Source: Pristiophorus japonicus | Lineage: Eukaryota | Direction: 5' to 3' | NCBI RefSeq assembly: GCF_044704955.1 | Contig: NC_091985.1 | Coordinates: 93,248,001-93,312,000, forward strand | Length of the DNA: 64,000 nt | Part shown: positions 57,691-64,000 of the stretch, piece by piece | How the letters are laid out: every line of letters begins with the position of its first letter | Position numbering within the stretch: position 1 is the stretch's first letter | The notes under the pieces: model-generated | Seen by the model: the letters and a program-made list of their open reading frames with translations, nothing else | Told to the model about the DNA's origin: nothing | Database searches by the model: none | Made by a program: the position numbers and the translations under genes

Positions 57691-58420
57691 TCAACACCGC
57701 CTCCAGTGCGCCAGCGCAGCCTTCAGCCGCCTGAGGAAGTGTGTTTGAAAACCAGGCCCTCAAATCCGCCACCAAGCTCAGGGCTGTAGTAATACCCGTC
57801 CTCCTGTATGGCTCAGAAACATGGACTATGTACAGTAGACGCCTCAAGTTGCTGAAGAAATACCAACGATGTCTCCGCAAGATCCCCTGGGAGGACAGAC
57901 GCACCGTTAGCGTCTTCAACCAGGCCAACATCCCCAGCATTGAAGCACTGACCACACTTGATCAGCTCCGCTGGGCAGGCCACATCATTCGCATGCCAGA
58001 CACGAGGTTCCCAAAGCAAGCGCTCTACTCGGAACTCCTTCATGGCAAACGAGCCAAAGGTGAGCAGAGGAAACGTTACAAGGACACCCTCAAAGCCTCC
58101 CTGATAAAGTGCAACATCTCCACTAACACCTGGGAGTTCCTGGCCAAAGATCACCCGAAGTGGAGGAAGTGCATCCGGGAGGGAGCTGAGCACCTACAGT
58201 CTCATCGCCGAGAGCGTGCAGAAATCAAGCGCAAGCAGCGGAAAGAGCTTGTGGCAAACTAGTCCCACCCACCCCTTCCCTCAACGACTGTCTGTCCCAC
58301 CTGTGACAGAAACCGTGGTTCTCGTATTGGAATGTTCAACTATCCAAGGACTAATTTTTTATTTTTTTAAAAAGAGTGAAAGCAAGTCTTGCTTCCGAAG
58401 GACTGCCTTTGATGATGATG
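57691..58420 (+). mobile_element. RTE (BovB-like) LINE 3' fragment
   Basis: LLYGSETWT, LRWAGHIIRMPDTR, CPTCD zinc finger; (GAT)n tail; TSD ACACCAT (57684-90 and 58421-27). Confidence 0.92.
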
Positions 58421-58779
58421 ACACCATCAAGGTCAGCCAATGAGGTGGCACATCTCAAAAAATATACCTCACAAACCTCTCAAAATGTGTAAGAACCCTA
58501 AAAGCGAAAAATACTAATGCTGAATCAGAAGATCCTTTTGGTACATTTTAAAATGTTACTATTCGACCTTCTCCTCCCCACCCCCCACCCCCATGTCAAT
58601 CAGATGCACAGTTCCCAGTACATTTTCAAATTTAAAAACAAGTCCATTTATAGCAAATCAGCACCAATGGAACCACAGCGTCTTCAATACAAAAAAGGAA
58701 AAAAACATACAATGATTTTTTTAAAATTATAAAATCCATAATGTTAATACTTTAATATACAAGTTAGCCAAATTGTCAA

Positions 58780-59335
58780 GTAATTAAATAATTTGACTGC
58801 AGTAAAATGTGACAGTACATTTAAAACATGGAAATCTACCCTAAATGGTAAAATTCTCGATGGAGTGCAGAACAATCTGATGTGACTGTAGATAGAGATC
58901 TTGAAAGCAAGATTCCAGGCAGAAAAGGCCATATAGGATACTAGTTTTATACATGGGGCATTGAATACATCGGTATCGGTGGTGATGAATCTGTACAAGA
59001 TAGTGGAGAGACCACAATCAGAATGCAGGGAGGGGTTTTGGACACCCCATTATAGAAAGGGTACTGAACCTATGGGAAAAGTGCAATGTAGATTTACAAG
59101 GATGATACCAGAGGAGATGAGGGAATACTGCCTAGATGAGAAACTTGGAAAAACTAGAGCTGTGTGCACTGGAACGGGACTTAAAAGCGATCTAATAAGT
59201 GTTTAAAATGCTGAAAGGTTTGAAAAAGGAAAGTGGATTTTTCACATTGGTCAATGAATCGGTCAGTACCATTATAAATTCCTATGCACAGAACTATAAT
59301 GGAAACCATAGATGTAAACTCATCACCCGGTCATT
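58780..59335 (+). mobile_element. Very old CR1 RT C-terminal remnant
   Basis: LYKIVERPQSE...FWTPHYRK...VQCRFTRMIP. Confidence 0.7.
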
Positions 59336-59390
59336 GAACAATCTGACTATTGGGTTCCCACAAATGCTCTCTGAATTCCCCTTCCCCCCC

Positions 59391-59452
59391 CCCCCGCCAC
59401 AATGTGCTGCAGAGTAAGGGGCCCCCGCCACAATGTGCTGCAGAGTAAGGGG
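59391..59452. repeat. 31-bp tandem duplication
   Basis: CCCCCGCCACAATGTGCTGCAGAGTAAGGGG x2. Confidence 0.9.
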
Positions 59453-60124
59453 AGGAGAGAATGCAGAGGTTGAGCAGGTAGCTTGAAGGGGAAGAGATAA
59501 TGGTGTGAATGAAGAAGCGGTAGGGAGGGTAAAGGTTATAGAAAGAGAAAAGGTGAAGGAATAGGAGTGCAAGGGTAAGAAGTACAAGTAATGGAGGGAG
59601 TGGATGGCAAGGGAGCTGCTGAGGGCCACACCATCCCTGAAAACCCCACATGAAAATATAAAACTTTAGCCATTATTGGCTCCTTACCCTACTATACCAG
59701 CCACCACCTCCTATTCGAAAGGAAAAGACGAGGTAGATGAAAGAGAGAAACAAAAAAACGAGAGAAAGAAACTGGAGTAGAAGAGACAACAGAATAGGCA
59801 AGAGACCTAATTCTCCAACTTACCATATCTGAAAACATGGGAGATTATAGAGTATATACGATCAAAAATTTTTCAGTACAGAATCTCACCAAGTAATTTT
59901 CAGTACCTCTTTGTTACAACAATGGAATTCCAATGAAAATCAAAATTCAAACTGTTCGGTTAGCTCACTTACAAGAAATATTTGGAACTAATGCTACATG
60001 GTTAATGGAAAATCTTACTAAAAAAGTCTACACGGCACAAATTAGTCCATTAAAACACAATCCATTAAAAAAATAATCTGCAGATATTTGAAGGCTTTTA
60101 TGCTAAATGTCTTACTGACCATGT

Positions 60125-60809
60125 CTTGAGAGAGTAAACTAGCAAAAAATATAAAAACAAATAGTAAGAACTTCTACAGGTATATAAAAAGGAAGTGGGT
60201 AGCTAAAGTAAACGTTGGTCCCCTAGAGGATGAGACTGGGGAGTTAATAATGGGGAACGTGGAAATGGCAGAAACTTTTGAACAAATATTTTGGACCAAT
60301 CTTCATGGTAGAAGACACTAAAAACATTCCAATAATATATAAATCATGGTTTACTAGGTTGATTCCTGAGATGAAGGGGTTGACCAAAGAAGGTTGAGCA
60401 TATACTCATTGAAGTTTAGATGAGAGGTGATCATCTTGAAACATACAAGATACTGAGGGGGCTCGATAAAGTAGATGCAGGGAGGATGTTTCCATTCGTG
60501 GGAGAATCTAGAACTAAGGGGCATAGTTTAAGAATAAGGGGTCACCTATTTAGAACTGAGGTGAGGAGGAATTTCTTCTGAGGGTGTAAATCTGTGGAGT
60601 TCTCTGCCCCAGAGAGCTGTGGAGGCTGCGTCATTGAATATATTTAAGGTGGAGGTAGACAGATTTTTGAACGATAAGGAAGTGAAGGGTTATGGAGAGC
60701 GGGCAGGGAAGTGGAGCCGAGCCCAAGATCAGATCAGCCATGATCTTATTAAATGGTGGAGCAGGCTCGAGGGGCCAAATGGCCTACTCCTATTCCTTAT
60801 GTTCTTATG
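60125..60809 (+). mobile_element. CR1 with a large internal deletion
   Basis: APE-RT linker (60125-60345) joined directly to the RT C-terminus and tail. Confidence 0.88.
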
Positions 60810-60937
60810 ACCATACAGTTCAAGACTAGTTAAATGCTGTACAGAACTATTAAAAAAAAAGTACTGATTCATTGCATACGCCTCAATTAAATGCCATTTT
60901 TTGACTTGAGAATGACAACATTTCTGGCATTTTAAAA

Positions 60938-61228
60938 ATTAATTCATTCTCAGGATGTGGGTGTCGCTGGCATTTATTCACCCATCTGCAGCCGTTCAAG
61001 ATTTGATACCTCCGAGTGGCTTGCTTGGCCACCACACTGGTATGAGACTGAAGTCATGTATAGGCCATACCAGGTTTACTGATGCCAGCTTTTAATTTAC
61101 AGATTTAAAAAAACTGAATTCAAATTCTCAAACTGCCACAATAGGATTTAAATTGACATTCTCAGGATTATTAGTCCAGACCTCTGGATTACTAGACCTG
61201 CAACGTAACCACGACAACTACCGTACCC
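60938..61228 (-). mobile_element. tRNA-derived SINE with a LINE-derived tail
   Basis: Head GGGTACGGTAG...GTGGTTACG...CTAGTAATCCAGAGG; tail ATAAATGCCAGCGACACCCACATCCTGAGAATGAA matches the LINE end at about 4786-4825. Confidence 0.7.
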
Positions 61229-61731
61229 AAGAACCATATAAACAAAGCAGAACAAACCTTAATTTACCAAGTGAAGACATTATCTATGACACTGCAAATC
61301 CCTTAAGTTTGTAACTTCTTAAAACTTCCCATGCGAAGACAGAATTGAAGTTGATGGCTAAAATACTTTCATAAGGAACAGATACAGCTATAAATTCAGT
61401 GTTAAGCTTTTGAAGTGCTTTATATTTCAATCTGTGTCAAAGTACAATTAGCACACTAAACTAGACATTGATCAGGAACAGATATTTGCTCATGCAACAA
61501 TTTTTTTTTACCAAAAAAAATCTTACAATAATGCAGCATTTGCAATGGAGAATGAAAAAGATAACAAAGCAAATGTATTTCCTTTAATTTTTCTGATCTT
61601 ATACATTGGATTATAAAGCACCCAACACAGTCCATGTCAACTGTCTAAAACCCTCATGCAAACTTCCAGTTATTTTCCTTCAGGAAGCATAAATTGAAAT
61701 ATGGTACAATTTATATCTATTCAACTAGTTA

Positions 61732-61887
<156 letters not shown>

Positions 61888-62223
61888 TCATCTGCAAGGT
61901 ATTTTAGCTAATTTTTCATAAATTAATCACACCAAAAGGCAAGAAGTGTGTAACCTGAAGGCTGATTTCTGCATGACTTTTTTATAAACAATATGAATTC
62001 AACACACTCAGAACTCATTATTGTACAACTTTAAATTAACAAAAACTCCCGCTGACTCAATTAACTAATCATTCGATAATCTTGAGTCACTATAATCTGC
62101 ACGTGACTTCCAAATTACAGAATGAATGTTTGTTTCCTTATTGTGGGATCGTATCTTCCTTTATGCATTAAGTAAATAAAAAAAAACGCTGTACAAATAT
62201 ATGCAACATTTTACATAACTTAC

Positions 62224-62279
62224 TTGCTGCTTCTGGTACGCAGTATTCGGATTGATTTTCGATTCCAATAGAAGCGAAC
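62224..62279 (-). CDS. PPP4R3B: PPP4R3B exon 2 (56 nt) (G)SLLLESKINPNTAYQKQQ
   Basis: Acceptor CTCTCAG|GT, donor CAA|GTAAGT. Confidence 0.97.
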
Positions 62280-62548
62280 CTGAGAGGTTGGAACAAAGAA
62301 TGAAAACACATTTCTCCACATGCCCTGCACACACTACACTTCTATAGTAAATATCATGTAAATCTACCCCCCACCACCAACACGTCACATTCACACTTTC
62401 CTGGCCTCTCCACAATTCCAACGTTTGGCTCATCTTTTACTTGGGGTCATTTGGAAACTGGCAATTACAGTGTGTGTAAAAAAAAACACGCTTCGGGGCA
62501 AAATAAAAAACGGAGTTTAAAAAAAAATCCAGCCAATAGTTCCTTTTA

Positions 62549-63200
<652 letters not shown>

Positions 63201-63799
63201 ATTCCTCATTTGCATTTTTAAAGGTACCGCATTTCTCTCATCCTTCCAATCAGGTTCATTGACATTTCCCTCCCGGTTTGGGATCTGTGGTTTTTCGCTT
63301 GTTCATATATTTTCACTGGAAAAATTCCAAATCTCTCACTTCTTTACAATCTTCAAATGATGTAGACCCGACTGTATAGTGTTTATTTTTTTCAAATATA
63401 TTTCCAAGCTGTACAATATTCACTGGTTTGACTACAAGAACCACCTAATAAGGCATACGCACATAGATTTAAATGCGAACATTTAAAATTCAGTATTGGG
63501 GTTAAGGGTGAAACTGACTTTACCGCAACATCTGAAAAGGAAAAAGGCAGATTAAAATTTCAAGTATAGAGGTTTAGTAAATAAAGGGTTTATACCTGAA
63601 GTGCTAACCTGCCTTTTTTTCCAGATGATGGCAAAGCTGCTGTGTATTACCAACAATTTTCTGGTTTTGTTTAATATTTTCAGCATTTGTAGGTTTAAAA
63701 GCATTTGCTTAATAACTGAAATGTATTTCTCAAAGTTGTAAACTCTCGTCTCAGTTTCAAACTTTAAAAGAGAAATATGTGTATTCTGTAGAATTAGAT

Positions 63800-64000
63800 A
63801 GAATTTACAGCACAGAAACAGGCCATTCAACCCAACTGAGCTGTGCTGCTGCTGGTACTCCACGAGGCTCCTCCCACCCCAATTCAATTAACCCTCTCAG
63901 CATATTCTTCTCATCCTTTCTCCTTCATGTACTTATCTCACTTCCTTTTAAATGCTATTCGCCTCAATTATGCCATGTGGCAGCAAGTTCCACATTCTAG
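63800..64000 (-). mobile_element. Old CR1 3' end running off the window
   Basis: TTACAGCACAGAAACAGGCCATTCAACCC...GTTCCACATTCT is the reverse complement of a CR1 3' UTR. Confidence 0.7.

Noticed and set aside
59391-59452. 31-bp direct repeat as CRISPR-like or regulatory array
   Set aside because: Two abutting copies with no spacer next to a C-tract; slippage duplication.

Overview
Vertebrate (most likely shark/cartilaginous fish, judged from the repeat families) genomic DNA. The window holds the 5' ~80% of one minus-strand gene, PPP4R3B (SMEK2, PP4 regulatory subunit 3B): a CpG-rich promoter near 62.6-63.2 kb and 13 coding exons from 62770 down to 2449 (1988 nt, 662 codons plus 2 nt, all GT-AG, phases consistent). 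The gene continues beyond position 1. Introns are packed with transposon debris: at least two young CR1 LINE families (one near-full-length with ORF1 esterase, APE and RT), a second CR1/Jockey-group LINE, L2, RTE/BovB-like, a Penelope-like element, Deu-domain SINEs, LF-SINE-like copies, another tRNA SINE and Harbinger-like MITEs. I found no new protein-coding system; nearly all ORF-track entries are TE fragments or noise. The observations most worth follow-up are hammerhead-ribozyme-like cores in Penelope repeats (including a palindromic mini-element), an apparently chimeric CR1 with a doubled endonuclease N-terminus, an RTE-derived hairpin next to a 45-nt micro-exon, inverted CR1 copies bracketing exons 12-13, LF-SINE-like elements, two uORFs, and a 339-bp tandem duplication. 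Repeat boundaries are read by eye and approximate unless a TSD is quoted.
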